A stretch of DNA of 64,000 nt from Natrialbaceae archaeon Tc-Br11_E2g14 (GTDB lineage Archaea > Halobacteriota > Halobacteria > Halobacteriales > Natrialbaceae), in assembly GCA_001564275.1 (NCBI GenBank), contig LKND01000004.1, forward strand, positions 2,419 through 66,418, in the 5' to 3' direction. A model generated the notes under the pieces. That model saw nothing but the letters and a program-made list of their open reading frames with translations. It had not been told where the DNA came from and ran no database searches. Of this stretch, positions 9,093 through 19,289 are shown piece after piece. A program made the translations under genes and the position numbers. Within the stretch, counting starts at the first letter, position 1. Every line of letters starts with the position of its first letter.

Positions 9093-10895
9093 ATGAGCGA
9101 CAGCGCGGAGGCAAGTGACGTCGTCGAGGTAGCCGACGACGGGGTGGTGGTAACGAAGACGTACACAGCAGACGAGTTTCCAGTCCCGGCCATCAGGTTC
9201 GAATTCGAGTCAGAACACGAGGGCTCGGTTGACGTTCGGGTGGCCGAGGACATTCCGGAGTCGTTCCCGATGGATAGCGTCGGCTTTCATCCGGAGTACC
9301 ACAGCGACCAGTGGACGGCCTTCCAAGACAACCACGTGGAGTTCACGGGGACGGTCGATCCCGACGAGACGCTGGTGACAGTCTACGGCGTTCGTCTGGA
9401 AGACGACACCGAACCCGACATGTTCCTCTCGGAGCCCACAGTGACGGTGCTCACCGAGGATGGCGACGACGGTTCGGAGGCCGAAGCCACCGACGACGAA
9501 CTCGAGGAAACCATGATCGACGACATCGCCGGTGAGGACGGTAACCAGGCGGTCAAGGACATGCTCTCCGGGGCGACTGACTCGGTTCCAGGGCTCGAGG
9601 AGGATACTCCCCGTGAGGCCGACACCGAAGCAGGTGAAGGTGGAACCGCCGAGACCGGCGAAGCGGATCTCAACCTCGAGTTCGACGAGGACGAGGTGGA
9701 CGACGGTGCTGTGACCGAGGCCGACGATGGGGATGACGCCACATCGGCGGAAGTCCCGGCCGACTCGTCGGCGGACGAAGCCGACGCTAACGACCCTGTC
9801 CTCGATGCGGACGAGGAACTCGATCTCGACCTCGGCGACGTCGACACGGAGCCCACGCCGGTCGATGAGGAATCGGAAGCCGACGACGACGCGCCGGACA
9901 TCGACCTGGGCTTCGAGGAGGACGAACTTCCGGAGCCCGAAGCCGCCGAGACCGACGAGAGCGAGACGGCCAGCGCAGACGCCGAGACCGACGAGACCGA
10001 CGAGACCGACGAGACCGACGCACCCAAAATCGAACTCGACCTCGAGGCAGCAGCCGAGAGCACTGACGTCGGTGGGGACGATGGTGAGCACGCGGAGAGT
10101 GGATCGGAAACCGATGACGACCCCGACGCCGAGGTGGATGCGGAGCCAGCAGACGTGAAAGCGCCAGACGAGGTCGACACGGACACCCCCGAGTCCCCAG
10201 CAAGCCCCGGCGAGGTGACCGTGGCCGACGGATCGATCGTCGAGGCCCTTGCCGGGGAGATTCGATCGGGCGACGTCGACGAGGCGTCGCTCACGACCCT
10301 CCGTTCGGCACTCGAGAGCGAAGAGGACGCCGAGGGCGACGCTCCGGTCATCGCCAGAGTCGATCACCTGCAATCTCGGGTCGAGGAGATCGCCGCCTAC
10401 ACTGGCGCACTCGAGGAATTCCTGATGGAATCGGGAACGGGCGCGCAGGTCATCGAATCGGTCGAGGGTGGTCTCGAGGCCGTTGAGACCGAACTCGACG
10501 ACGTCGTCGAACGGCTCGAGGCGACCGAGTCGGGACTCGAGGCGACCGACGATCGGTTCGCCACCCTCGAGGAAACGACCGAGTCACTCGAGGACGACGT
10601 GGAGGCGGTTGACGAGCAGGTGTCAGCCGTCGAAACGGAGCTCGAGGGGGTCACCGAGGACCTGGCTGGTGTGACCGAAGACGTCGAAACGACGACCGAC
10701 GACCTGGACGAGCGCGTCGAAGACGTCGCCGAGACGGTCGGCTCGATCGACGACGACGTGCAGTCGGTCGCCGGTGACGTCGAGGCCCTCGAGGACGACG
10801 TCGAGACCCTGGAGGACGATCTCACGTCGGTGCGCGAGGACGTCGTCGACATCGTCGAGTGGCGCGACGAGCTCGGCTCGATGTTCAGCGGCTGA
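9093..10895 (+). CDS. Very acidic protein: N-terminal beta domain, D/E-rich linker, C-terminal coiled coil
   Basis: 600-aa ORF with typical codon usage; heptad repeats in the last ~180 aa; no signal peptide or TM segment seen. Confidence 0.75.
   Translation: MSDSAEASDVVEVADDGVVVTKTYTADEFPVPAIRFEFESEHEGSVDVRVAEDIPESFPMDSVGFHPEYHSDQWTAFQDNHVEFTGTVDPDETLVTVYGVRLEDDTEPDMFLSEPTVTVLTEDGDDGSEAEATDDELEETMIDDIAGEDGNQAVKDMLSGATDSVPGLEEDTPREADTEAGEGGTAETGEADLNLEFDEDEVDDGAVTEADDGDDATSAEVPADSSADEADANDPVLDADEELDLDLGDVDTEPTPVDEESEADDDAPDIDLGFEEDELPEPEAAETDESETASADAETDETDETDETDAPKIELDLEAAAESTDVGGDDGEHAESGSETDDDPDAEVDAEPADVKAPDEVDTDTPESPASPGEVTVADGSIVEALAGEIRSGDVDEASLTTLRSALESEEDAEGDAPVIARVDHLQSRVEEIAAYTGALEEFLMESGTGAQVIESVEGGLEAVETELDDVVERLEATESGLEATDDRFATLEETTESLEDDVEAVDEQVSAVETELEGVTEDLAGVTEDVETTTDDLDERVEDVAETVGSIDDDVQSVAGDVEALEDDVETLEDDLTSVREDVVDIVEWRDELGSMFSG
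9984..10019 (+). repeat. In-frame 9-bp tandem repeat (GAGACCGAC)x4 encoding (ETD)4
   Basis: Read directly from the sequence. Confidence 0.9.
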
Positions 10896-11010
10896 CTCAG
10901 TCGGTTTTCTGGGGGTGAATCACTCGGAATACAGCGACTGACTCGACGAACAGTCTCGAGTGCCGCCGAGAACGCAACGGGTTTACTCGTCGGTCGACCA
11001 CCTTCGCTCG

Positions 11011-11967
11011 ATGGCCAAGCGCATTTCCATTGCGATCCCACGCAAGGGCCGACCGCTCGAGGCGGTGCTCGATTATTTGGCCCGACGATTGGGGGTTCCA
11101 GACCTGGCCGACGACGTGAGTTCGACCCTGCGTCACGAAAAGGCCGTGACGAAAGGGAGCGTCGTCCCCGAGGAATCGAACGTCTACCGCCGTATGGCGG
11201 CTTACAGCACCGTCGACGAGCCGACCGCTCCCGAGTACACGCTGCTCCGGGACGACCGGCCGGGGAAGCCACGGCGAATCGTCTTCGATAGCGTGACCAT
11301 TCCGCTCTCGGACGTGGAGGGCGGAGCCGACGCCGTGGATGGCCCCGAGTTCCCGGCAGACATCGAAATCGTCCTCGTGGGTCGTGAAGAGCCGTTTCGG
11401 GCCCTCAGAACCCACGAGTTCGCGCTCGGATTCGACAGCGCGGATCTGGTGCTCGAGGAGGTCGTCACGCTCTCGGCGGCACCGATCGAACGCATCGCCG
11501 ACATCAACGCCAGAATCGACCCTGCGGACACGGACGTACAGGTCGTCGCCGGCCTCGGAGACACCGTCTATCACACCCTGCTGGCCACGCCCAAAGCGAC
11601 ACCAGTTGGGGCGGAGATCGATCGCACCTTTCTCGCGAACTACGAGGGACCACTCTGTATCACCCCTCGCTACGAGCGACTCGTGCGAGCGGTCCTCGGC
11701 AGCGAGGTCCTCGAGGGCATCCGCTTTACCTTCCCACCCGCGGACGTGGAAGAAGAGCGGGCCATCGCGGAGACGGGTGTTGGCGTCTATCTCACCGTTA
11801 CCGGATCGACGGCCAGAGAGCACGGATTGGTGCTTGGCGACCGACTCTTCCCAAGTGAAACGGTGCTCATGGAAAACGCAGCCGAGGTCACCGAGGCCGT
11901 CGCCGCCGTGAGATCGCTACTCGCGGGGCCGGACCGCGAGACGGTACTCGAGAGTGGACCGTGTTGA
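11011..11967 (+). CDS. Divergent HisG (ATP phosphoribosyltransferase)-like protein
   Basis: ISIAIPRKGRP start and TGSTAREHGL...SETVL end resemble HisG; the internal motifs are divergent. Confidence 0.6.
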   Translation: MAKRISIAIPRKGRPLEAVLDYLARRLGVPDLADDVSSTLRHEKAVTKGSVVPEESNVYRRMAAYSTVDEPTAPEYTLLRDDRPGKPRRIVFDSVTIPLSDVEGGADAVDGPEFPADIEIVLVGREEPFRALRTHEFALGFDSADLVLEEVVTLSAAPIERIADINARIDPADTDVQVVAGLGDTVYHTLLATPKATPVGAEIDRTFLANYEGPLCITPRYERLVRAVLGSEVLEGIRFTFPPADVEEERAIAETGVGVYLTVTGSTAREHGLVLGDRLFPSETVLMENAAEVTEAVAAVRSLLAGPDRETVLESGPC

Positions 11968-12012
11968 GCGCCGCGATTTGGACACGCTCGCTGAAGAGAC
12001 CCTGTGGCCCGC

Positions 12013-12723
12013 TCACGCCCCGAGTCCCTCGAGGTACGACTTGACGTGATCGCGCTGTCTCGCCTCGATGTCGGCAACGATGTCGGCCATCTTTCGGGGG
12101 GTTGCGCTCCAGAGGCCCGGATGGATCAACAGCTGTAACTGCTCCGGTCGGCCCGCCGGGAACGGCGGCTCGGAGCGCCACTTCTGGCTGGAGTCTGATC
12201 GGTAGGTGACCGCCGAAAAGTACTGTGGCTGGTAGGCGTTTTCGAAGCCGTCGAAATCGACGTCGAGCACCCACTCGGGCGGCCGGTGGAAGGAGACGAC
12301 GTTCACCTCGCGGTTGCAGATCGTTCCGAGAACGTCACATTCGGCACGAACCTGGCTCTGCAACTCGTCGTCCGGAGGCGAATCATCCCAGTAGTGGTGG
12401 GTGTTGAAGTGGACGGCCACGTCGTGGCCGAGGGCCTGAATCTCGGCGAGCGCCCGTGACTGCTCGACCTCGAGTAAGTTGTATATCGGCGTCGTCACGA
12501 GCACGCAGTAGGTCGACTCGATCCCGAGTCGGGCCTCGAGGCGGGCCATCTCCAGGGCGAGTTCGGGCGAGAGGTCGACGTCGTGTCGCAACACGATCTC
12601 GTCTTCGGCAAGCGGCCCATCGAACCCGACGAAGCTGAACCCATCGTCCAGCAGGCATTCGAGGAGCGTCTCGTACTCCTCGAAGGTGTACGTAAGCTGG
12701 CCGAGAGCTGTCAACTCAGGCAT
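12013..12723 (-). CDS. Polysaccharide-deacetylase-like (NodB/CE4-type) protein
   Basis: LRHDVD, VAVHF, SFHRP, YRSDS and LLIHP motifs. Confidence 0.75.
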   Translation of the reverse strand: MPELTALGQLTYTFEEYETLLECLLDDGFSFVGFDGPLAEDEIVLRHDVDLSPELALEMARLEARLGIESTYCVLVTTPIYNLLEVEQSRALAEIQALGHDVAVHFNTHHYWDDSPPDDELQSQVRAECDVLGTICNREVNVVSFHRPPEWVLDVDFDGFENAYQPQYFSAVTYRSDSSQKWRSEPPFPAGRPEQLQLLIHPGLWSATPRKMADIVADIEARQRDHVKSYLEGLGA

Positions 12724-13741
12724 CGTTGGTGGATTCCTGGGTACTCGTGGTGCTCGTCGTGAGGTTCGCGTGGTGATCGGGGTGGTCGACGCGGTCGGGA
12801 TCGCCCGGTGACTCGAACCGGTCCCCTGGCGTGGGCGACCAGTCCTCAGCCGCCCAGTCGGTCACGAGAAGGGTCCCATCGGCCGTCGCGACGACGAAGT
12901 CGTCCGTCCAGAACACGTCGACGATCGTGCCCGCGGGTTCGGTGATGGCCAGATCGGCCGAGAACGGGATGGCCTCCCAGATCATGATGCGCTCGTCACC
13001 GATGGTCGTGAACGCGCCCGGATAGGGCTCGGCAACCGCCCGAACGAGATTGTAGACCGCTCGAGTGCCATCGCCCCAGTGGATTTCGCCGTCCTCGGGG
13101 TTCCGTTTCGGGTAGTACGTTGGCTCGCCGAACTGGGGTTTGAACGGATCCTCACCGGCGAGTATGGGATCGATCACTGCCAGCAACATCGCCTCGAGAC
13201 ACATCGCGACCTTGTAGTAGAGCGTCTCGATCGTGTCGTAATCGGTGATGTCGAACTTTTGTGTGGTGACCACATCCCCCGAATCCGCACCGGGATCGAG
13301 CCGAATAACCGAGAGCAAGAACCGATCGCGATCCTCGATGAGCGACCAGTTCAACGGTGAGCGACCTCGCCCGCTTGGCAACCCGAACGCACTCCCGTGG
13401 TTGCCCAGAGCGCCGTACGTCGCCGTCTCGAGGATCGATTCCGGGAGCAGGCGCTGCCAGCCGTTGACGATAATGAGGTCTGGATCGACCGTTCGAAAGT
13501 GGTCGAGTGCGGCCTCGTCGTCCATACTGTAGGTGTTTGGCTCGTAGACCTGGATGTCGTTGGCCACGGCGGTGGGTCGAAGCGAGGCGTATCCCGAGAC
13601 GTGGTTGGCCCCAGCCATCTCGGGATCGATGGTCACGACCGACGTGATCGGGATTCCTGCCTCGAGCAGCCCCTCGAGGACGTGTCTGGCCGGCGCGGTA
13701 CACCCGACGTAGACGATACTGGCGTCACTGGCGGCGGTCAT
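12716..13741 (-). CDS. Formyltransferase (Fmt/ArnA-like, probably a sugar N-formyltransferase)
   Basis: NHGS...LPSGRGRSPLNW, DPGADSGD, PKRNPEDGEIHW and RAVAEPYPGAFT motifs. Confidence 0.85.
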   Translation of the reverse strand: MTAASDASIVYVGCTAPARHVLEGLLEAGIPITSVVTIDPEMAGANHVSGYASLRPTAVANDIQVYEPNTYSMDDEAALDHFRTVDPDLIIVNGWQRLLPESILETATYGALGNHGSAFGLPSGRGRSPLNWSLIEDRDRFLLSVIRLDPGADSGDVVTTQKFDITDYDTIETLYYKVAMCLEAMLLAVIDPILAGEDPFKPQFGEPTYYPKRNPEDGEIHWGDGTRAVYNLVRAVAEPYPGAFTTIGDERIMIWEAIPFSADLAITEPAGTIVDVFWTDDFVVATADGTLLVTDWAAEDWSPTPGDRFESPGDPDRVDHPDHHANLTTSTTSTQESTNDA

Positions 13742-13823
13742 GTCCGGGGTAAAGACGGACGCTGGTATTGTTAGGTACCGATTGTCAACCGATCACCCTC
13801 GTGAGAAGTGTGGTTGGCCGAGA

Positions 13824-14594
13824 CTACGGGTGGGGCTCTTGCTCGTCCGTCAACAACTCGAGTTCGATCGCCTTCGCGGTCGAGACGACCAGGCCGGTGG
13901 TGTCCTCCTCGAGGCGTTTACCGCGCATCCGTTCGATGGGGCCCGAGACGCTAATGGCGCCGACCGGCTCGTCCCTGACGACGATGGCGCTGGCGACACA
14001 CTGCCAGTCGGGTGTCTGTTCGCCGCGGTCGAACGCGACTCGACGATCACGGATCGATCGGAGTTGGCTCCGGAGTGTCGCCGGATCGGTAACCGTTCGA
14101 TCGGTGTAAGCGGGCAGTCCGTGGGTCTCGATGAAGTCGTCGACGGCTTCGTGACCCCGATAGGCGAGGATGGCCTTCCCGGCCGCGGAGGCGTGCAGCG
14201 CGATGCTACCGCCTTCCGGAATCGGATGCTCGTCACCGCCAACCCGATGGAGGTAGACGCCGTGGTCGGCCTCCGGAACGACGAGGTTGACGCTCTCACC
14301 GGTCGTCTGCGCCAGCGTTCTGAGGTTCGCCTTCGCCGCCCGAAACACCGGGTTGCGTTCGCGAGTGCTTAATCCAAGTCGGAGGAACTGATGCGTCAGC
14401 CCGTACGCACCGTTTTCGTTCACGACGTACCCCAGGTCCGTGAGCGTCGAGAGGTGGTTGTGGACGGCGCTTTTCGAGAGGTCGAGATGGTCCGCCAATT
14501 CGGTGACGCCGGCGGTGTGTCGGTCCCGGAGAGCCTCGACGATCCGGAAGGTGGTTGCCGTGGCCTGAACGGAGACGCCGTCGGTATCCCCCAT
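13824..14594 (-). CDS. IclR family transcriptional regulator
   Basis: N-terminal HTH (GVTELADHLDLSKSAVHNHL), LHASAAGKAILA and GAISVSGP. Confidence 0.92.
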   Translation of the reverse strand: MGDTDGVSVQATATTFRIVEALRDRHTAGVTELADHLDLSKSAVHNHLSTLTDLGYVVNENGAYGLTHQFLRLGLSTRERNPVFRAAKANLRTLAQTTGESVNLVVPEADHGVYLHRVGGDEHPIPEGGSIALHASAAGKAILAYRGHEAVDDFIETHGLPAYTDRTVTDPATLRSQLRSIRDRRVAFDRGEQTPDWQCVASAIVVRDEPVGAISVSGPIERMRGKRLEEDTTGLVVSTAKAIELELLTDEQEPHP

Positions 14595-14635
14595 TGTTCG
14601 TAGCTCATACACGGGACCCCAGATACAAAATTGTT

Positions 14636-14652
14636 GTTCTCTCATGGAGAAC
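14636..14652. promoter_or_regulatory. Candidate IclR operator GTTCTC-N5-GAGAAC
   Basis: Perfect inverted repeat in the divergent iclR/ABC intergenic region; related sites at 14769-14785 and 23711-23727. Confidence 0.5.
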
Positions 14653-14879
14653 GCAGGGCGTGAGTTGGCCGATCGGCATCGCGGGTCGGCTGCGTTGAGT
14701 GACATTTACAAGAATTTATTGCCGCTTTTCGGCACGAGACTGCGGCTCATCACTTATAAAAAGCCCGCGTTTCGCTGTGGAGAACAGGTCCAAAATGCAA
14801 TACGGTAACGCGTTCACCCTCCCGCTAGCCAAAAGGTTTATTAAATAGTACCGGTTTTGTCGTGATAGACAGTGAGAAT

Positions 14880-16241
14880 ATGCCACGGAAGAATACAATG
14901 TACGGACGACGGCGCGTGTTGATCGGCGGCGCATCGGCAGGGACGCTCGCGCTCGCAGGCTGTATTGGAACGGGCGATCCAGAGGAGGACGACGATGAAG
15001 GGACCGGTGACGATACGGACGACGACAGCAACGGCGAGGACGTCGAAATGGCCGATCAGATCGACGTCTGGGGCTGGGACGTTGCCGCGCGGTCACTCGA
15101 GTTGACCGCCGACGCCTACATGGAGGAATACGACGCCACCGTGGATGTCGAGGAGTTCGGTCAGGACGCGATGAAGGAAGACCTTCGCAGTCGTCTCACC
15201 GCCGGATCGGGGGCACCCGACGTGGCGATGCTCGAGATGATCGACGGCCCGGCCGAAATCGACACGGGCGCCGTCGCGGACCTCACCGATCGAATCGACG
15301 ACGCGGGCATCGAAGACGACTTCGTCAGTGGAGCCTGGGCCTCCCTGCAGGAAGATGGGGCGACCTACGCGATCCCGTGGGACATCGGCCCGACCGCCGT
15401 CTACTACAGACGCGACATTTACGAGGACCACGGGCTGGACGCCGACGCCATCGAGACCTGGGATGACTTCCAGGAAGAGGGTGAAAAGCTGCCCGACGAC
15501 ATCGCGATGTTCAACATCCCGGTGAACGACCTCGACGGCGTCTGGCGCTTCCAGTTCCGTCAACTCGGCAACCGGCCGTTCACCGAGGACGGCGAGGTGA
15601 ACATTCACAACGACGACTCCGTGATGATCGCGGAGACGATCAAACAACTGTACGATAGCGGCATCGCCTCGGACTACGACGGCTGGTCGACGGAGTGGTT
15701 CAATGGCTACGGCGAGGGTGAGATCGCCTCGCTGCCCTCGGCCGCCTGGATGGAGGGGACCCTTCGAGCCGAACTGCCGGACACCGCCGGTAACTGGGGC
15801 GTCTACCGAATCCCTGCCCACGAAGCGGGTGGCCCTCGCGCCTCGAACTGGGGCGGCTCGAGCCTCATGATTCCCGAACAGATCGAGGACGGCGAGCGCG
15901 AACGCGCCTGGGATTACCTCACGTGGTCGCTGGCGACCGAAGAGATGCAGCTGCTCATGTACGACGAGTACGGGCTCTTCCCGGCACTCGAGACGACCTA
16001 CGACAACGACGAGGTGTTCGACGAGGAACTGGACTTCTACGACGGCCAGCCGGCTCGGCGACTGTTCGCGGACGTCGCCGAGGAGATGCCCGAGTACCAG
16101 TTCTCCATCGACACGCCGTACGTCTCGGATGCGATCAACAACCACCTCTTCCGGATGCTCCGCGACGACGAGGATCCCGAGGAGATGGTGATGGAAGCCG
16201 CCGAGGAAGTCGCCGAACGAACCGGTAGAGACTTGGCCTGA
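14880..16241 (+). CDS. Sugar ABC transporter substrate-binding lipoprotein (Tat)
   Basis: RRR twin-arginine signal with LAGC lipobox; GSGAPDV, YAIPWD and SNWGGS CUT1-type motifs. Start could be 14862-14898. Confidence 0.9.
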   Translation: MPRKNTMYGRRRVLIGGASAGTLALAGCIGTGDPEEDDDEGTGDDTDDDSNGEDVEMADQIDVWGWDVAARSLELTADAYMEEYDATVDVEEFGQDAMKEDLRSRLTAGSGAPDVAMLEMIDGPAEIDTGAVADLTDRIDDAGIEDDFVSGAWASLQEDGATYAIPWDIGPTAVYYRRDIYEDHGLDADAIETWDDFQEEGEKLPDDIAMFNIPVNDLDGVWRFQFRQLGNRPFTEDGEVNIHNDDSVMIAETIKQLYDSGIASDYDGWSTEWFNGYGEGEIASLPSAAWMEGTLRAELPDTAGNWGVYRIPAHEAGGPRASNWGGSSLMIPEQIEDGERERAWDYLTWSLATEEMQLLMYDEYGLFPALETTYDNDEVFDEELDFYDGQPARRLFADVAEEMPEYQFSIDTPYVSDAINNHLFRMLRDDEDPEEMVMEAAEEVAERTGRDLA

Positions 16242-16280
16242 GCGGAGACAGGTTCTGCTCACCCGTTATTCAGAATTTCA

Positions 16281-17285
16281 ATGGCAACGAAACGCTCACG
16301 TGACGACCACCTGGTGCTCTGGGATCGGTTCCGCTACGCACGCCAGCGGCTCACCGCCGTCGCCCCGTCGGTGACGAAGTCCCAGGTGGCGTACCTACTC
16401 ATTTCGCCGTTTTTCGTGTTGTTCGGGTTGTTCTTGCTCTTCCCCGTCGTGTACACGGTGTATCTTTCGTTTTTCGAGTACCAGGGGATTGGACAGGGCA
16501 ACCTGTTTTACGTCGACTTCGGGCTCTTCCACATTACGTTCCCACAGATCGCAGAGCTGCAGTTTGTCGGTCTCGGGAACTACACGCGGATGCTCGGTGA
16601 CAGCCTGTTCTGGCAGTCGATGTACAACACCACGTACATCCTGGTGATCCAGGTCCCGATCATGATCGGCCTGGCGCTCGCGCTCGCGATCGCGCTGAAC
16701 GCGAGTTTCGTCCGATTCAAGGGCGCCTTCAGGACGGCGATTGCACTGCCAGTCTCGGCGAACATCGTCGCTTACTCGACGATATTCCTCATCCTGTTCA
16801 ACGAGACCGGGTTCATCAACTACCTGCTGAGCCAGGTCGGCATCGAGCCGATCTCGTGGCTGCGCAGTGAGTTCTGGGCTCGAAAGACCATCATCGGCGC
16901 TGTCACCTGGCGATGGACCGGCTACAACATGATCATCCTGCTTGCGGGCCTGCAGAACATCCCCCAACAGCTGTACGAGGCCGCCGAGATCGACGGCGCA
17001 AGTCGCTGGGAGAAGTTCCGCTATGTGACCGTCCCCCAGCTGCGGCCGGTCCTGTTGTTCGTGGTCGTCCTCTCGACGATCGGGACGTTCAAGCTGTTCG
17101 CCGAACCCTACGTCATCACCGACGGCGGGCCGACGAACGCGACGATCACCATCGTCCAGTACATCTACGAGGAGGCGTTCGTTGGCAGCCCCAACCTCGG
17201 GTACGCAAGCGCCCTGACGGTCATCTTCGTGGCCATCGTCAGCGCGATCTCCATCGCCCAGATCAAACTTGGGGGTGAGGAGTGA
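16281..17285 (+). CDS. Carbohydrate ABC transporter permease
   Basis: TM helices and the EAA loop LYEAAEIDGA. Confidence 0.92.
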   Translation: MATKRSRDDHLVLWDRFRYARQRLTAVAPSVTKSQVAYLLISPFFVLFGLFLLFPVVYTVYLSFFEYQGIGQGNLFYVDFGLFHITFPQIAELQFVGLGNYTRMLGDSLFWQSMYNTTYILVIQVPIMIGLALALAIALNASFVRFKGAFRTAIALPVSANIVAYSTIFLILFNETGFINYLLSQVGIEPISWLRSEFWARKTIIGAVTWRWTGYNMIILLAGLQNIPQQLYEAAEIDGASRWEKFRYVTVPQLRPVLLFVVVLSTIGTFKLFAEPYVITDGGPTNATITIVQYIYEEAFVGSPNLGYASALTVIFVAIVSAISIAQIKLGGEE

Positions 17286-18121
17286 TGCGCGAACAGCGAC
17301 GAAAGGACGCGGTCTGGAAGTTCCTCACGTACTCGTTCATCCTCGTGATGACCCTGGGGATGATGGTGCCGCTTTACTGGATGATCGTCGCTGCCTCGCT
17401 CCCCCAGGAGGAGTTCATCAGGTTCCCCCCGCGACTCTACCCGGGTACTGAGTTTCTCAACAACCTCTCGGTGCTCCACGAGGAGACGCAGTTCCTGATC
17501 TCGATCTGGAACAGCGTCTTCATCGCCGTCGTCTACACGATCCTCTCGGTGCTGCTATGTTCGATGGCCGGCTTCGCCTTCGCGAAATACGAGTTCCGGT
17601 TCAAGGAGCCGATCTTCTACCTGATACTGGCGACGCTCATCTTGCCCATCCAACTGCTGGTGATCCCGCTGTTCCTGATGATGGCACAGATCGGCTGGAC
17701 GGACACCTTCCGGGCGATCATCCTGCCGTGGCTCGCCAACCCGATCGGGATCTTCCTCATGCGCCAGAACATGAAGTCGATACCCGACGCGCTCCTCGAG
17801 TCCGCACGAATGGACGGCGCGACGGAGTTCCAGCTCTTCTACCGGATCGCCCTGCCGGCGATGCGGTCGTCGCTCGCCGCACTCGCAATCATCCTCTTCC
17901 TGTTCCAGTGGGATCTGTTCCTGTACCCACTGGTCATCCTCGAGGACCCGGGTAACTACACCATCCCGGTTGCACTCTCGGGGCTCGAGGAGAGTCGCCG
18001 CATCAACTTCGACCAGATCATGGTGGCGAGTTCGCTGGCCATCATCCCGATGGCGATCCTGTTCCTGTTCCTGCAGAAACAGTTCGTCAGCGGGATCCTC
18101 GCGGGCTCGCTCAAGGAGTAA
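17282..18121 (+). CDS. Carbohydrate ABC transporter permease
   Basis: LLESARMDGA EAA loop; GTGA overlap with the upstream gene. Confidence 0.92.
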   Translation: MMREQRRKDAVWKFLTYSFILVMTLGMMVPLYWMIVAASLPQEEFIRFPPRLYPGTEFLNNLSVLHEETQFLISIWNSVFIAVVYTILSVLLCSMAGFAFAKYEFRFKEPIFYLILATLILPIQLLVIPLFLMMAQIGWTDTFRAIILPWLANPIGIFLMRQNMKSIPDALLESARMDGATEFQLFYRIALPAMRSSLAALAIILFLFQWDLFLYPLVILEDPGNYTIPVALSGLEESRRINFDQIMVASSLAIIPMAILFLFLQKQFVSGILAGSLKE

Positions 18122-18167
18122 TCATGACCAATACCCACCCCACCACGACATTCACGACCACCGACCC

Positions 18168-19289
18168 ATGGCACGCATAACCCTCACCGACCTCACGAAA
18201 GTGTACGACCCCGGCGGCGAAGCTGTCGTCGCCGCCGACGACATCTCCCTCGAGGTGACCGACGGCGAATTTCTCGTCCTCGTCGGCCCCTCCGGCTGTG
18301 GCAAATCGACCACACTTCGCTGTATTGCCGGCCTCGAGGACATCACTGAGGGGAGCCTCGAGTTCGACGACCAGAACGTCACGACCTACAGCGCGAGCGA
18401 GCGCGACGTCGCGATGGTGTTCCAGAACTACGCGCTGTACCCCCACATGACGGTTCGACAGAACCTCGGATTCGGACTCAAGCTCTCGACGGATCTCCCG
18501 TCCGCGGAGATCAGCGAGAAGGTCGATGCCGTCGCCGAGATGCTCGGGATCAGCGAACTGCTCGGGGACAAACCGAAGGCGCTCTCCGGTGGGCAACAAC
18601 AGCGGGTTGCCCTGGGGCGAGCGATCGTTCGTGAACCCGAAGTGTTCCTGATGGACGAACCGCTGAGCAACTTAGACGCCAAACTCCGGTCTGATATGCG
18701 GACCGAACTCCAGGAGTTACAGCAGGACCTCGGGGTCACGACCGTCTACGTCACCCACGACCAGACGGAGGCGATGGCGATGGGCGACCGCATCGCCGTC
18801 ATGAACGCGGGTGAACTCCAGCAGGTGGGCCCGCCCGAGGAGGTCTACCGTAGCCCGAAAAACGAGTTTGTCGCCGACTTCATCGGCTCACCGAGTATCA
18901 ACCTGTTCGACGCCAACGTGAACGATTCGACGCTGACGGGGCCCGGTGGCTTCGTCTACGAACTCGAGGACGCCTCGCCGGTCGAGAGCTACGATCACGT
19001 TCGGGTCGGCATCCGCCCGGAGGACATCACGGTCGTCGAGGAAAGTCCGAACCGGGCGACGGTGACTGTCGTCGAACCAATGGGCAACGAGAACTTCTGT
19101 TACATGACTCTCGGTGACGTCGAAATGACAGCCCGCATCGCGCCCACGAAACGGCCCGTCGCGGACGAGGAGGTTGCCTTCACGTTCGCCGAGGAGGCGC
19201 TGTATCTATTCGATCCAGTCACCGGCGAGTCGCTGAAGACGAAGACCGACGACACGACGCCCGATCTCACCACGGAGGTATCTGGCTAA
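18168..19289 (+). CDS. Sugar ABC transporter ATP-binding protein (MalK-like)
   Basis: GPSGCGKST, LSGGQ, FLMDEPLSNLD and TOBE-like tail. Confidence 0.95.
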   Translation: MARITLTDLTKVYDPGGEAVVAADDISLEVTDGEFLVLVGPSGCGKSTTLRCIAGLEDITEGSLEFDDQNVTTYSASERDVAMVFQNYALYPHMTVRQNLGFGLKLSTDLPSAEISEKVDAVAEMLGISELLGDKPKALSGGQQQRVALGRAIVREPEVFLMDEPLSNLDAKLRSDMRTELQELQQDLGVTTVYVTHDQTEAMAMGDRIAVMNAGELQQVGPPEEVYRSPKNEFVADFIGSPSINLFDANVNDSTLTGPGGFVYELEDASPVESYDHVRVGIRPEDITVVEESPNRATVTVVEPMGNENFCYMTLGDVEMTARIAPTKRPVADEEVAFTFAEEALYLFDPVTGESLKTKTDDTTPDLTTEVSG

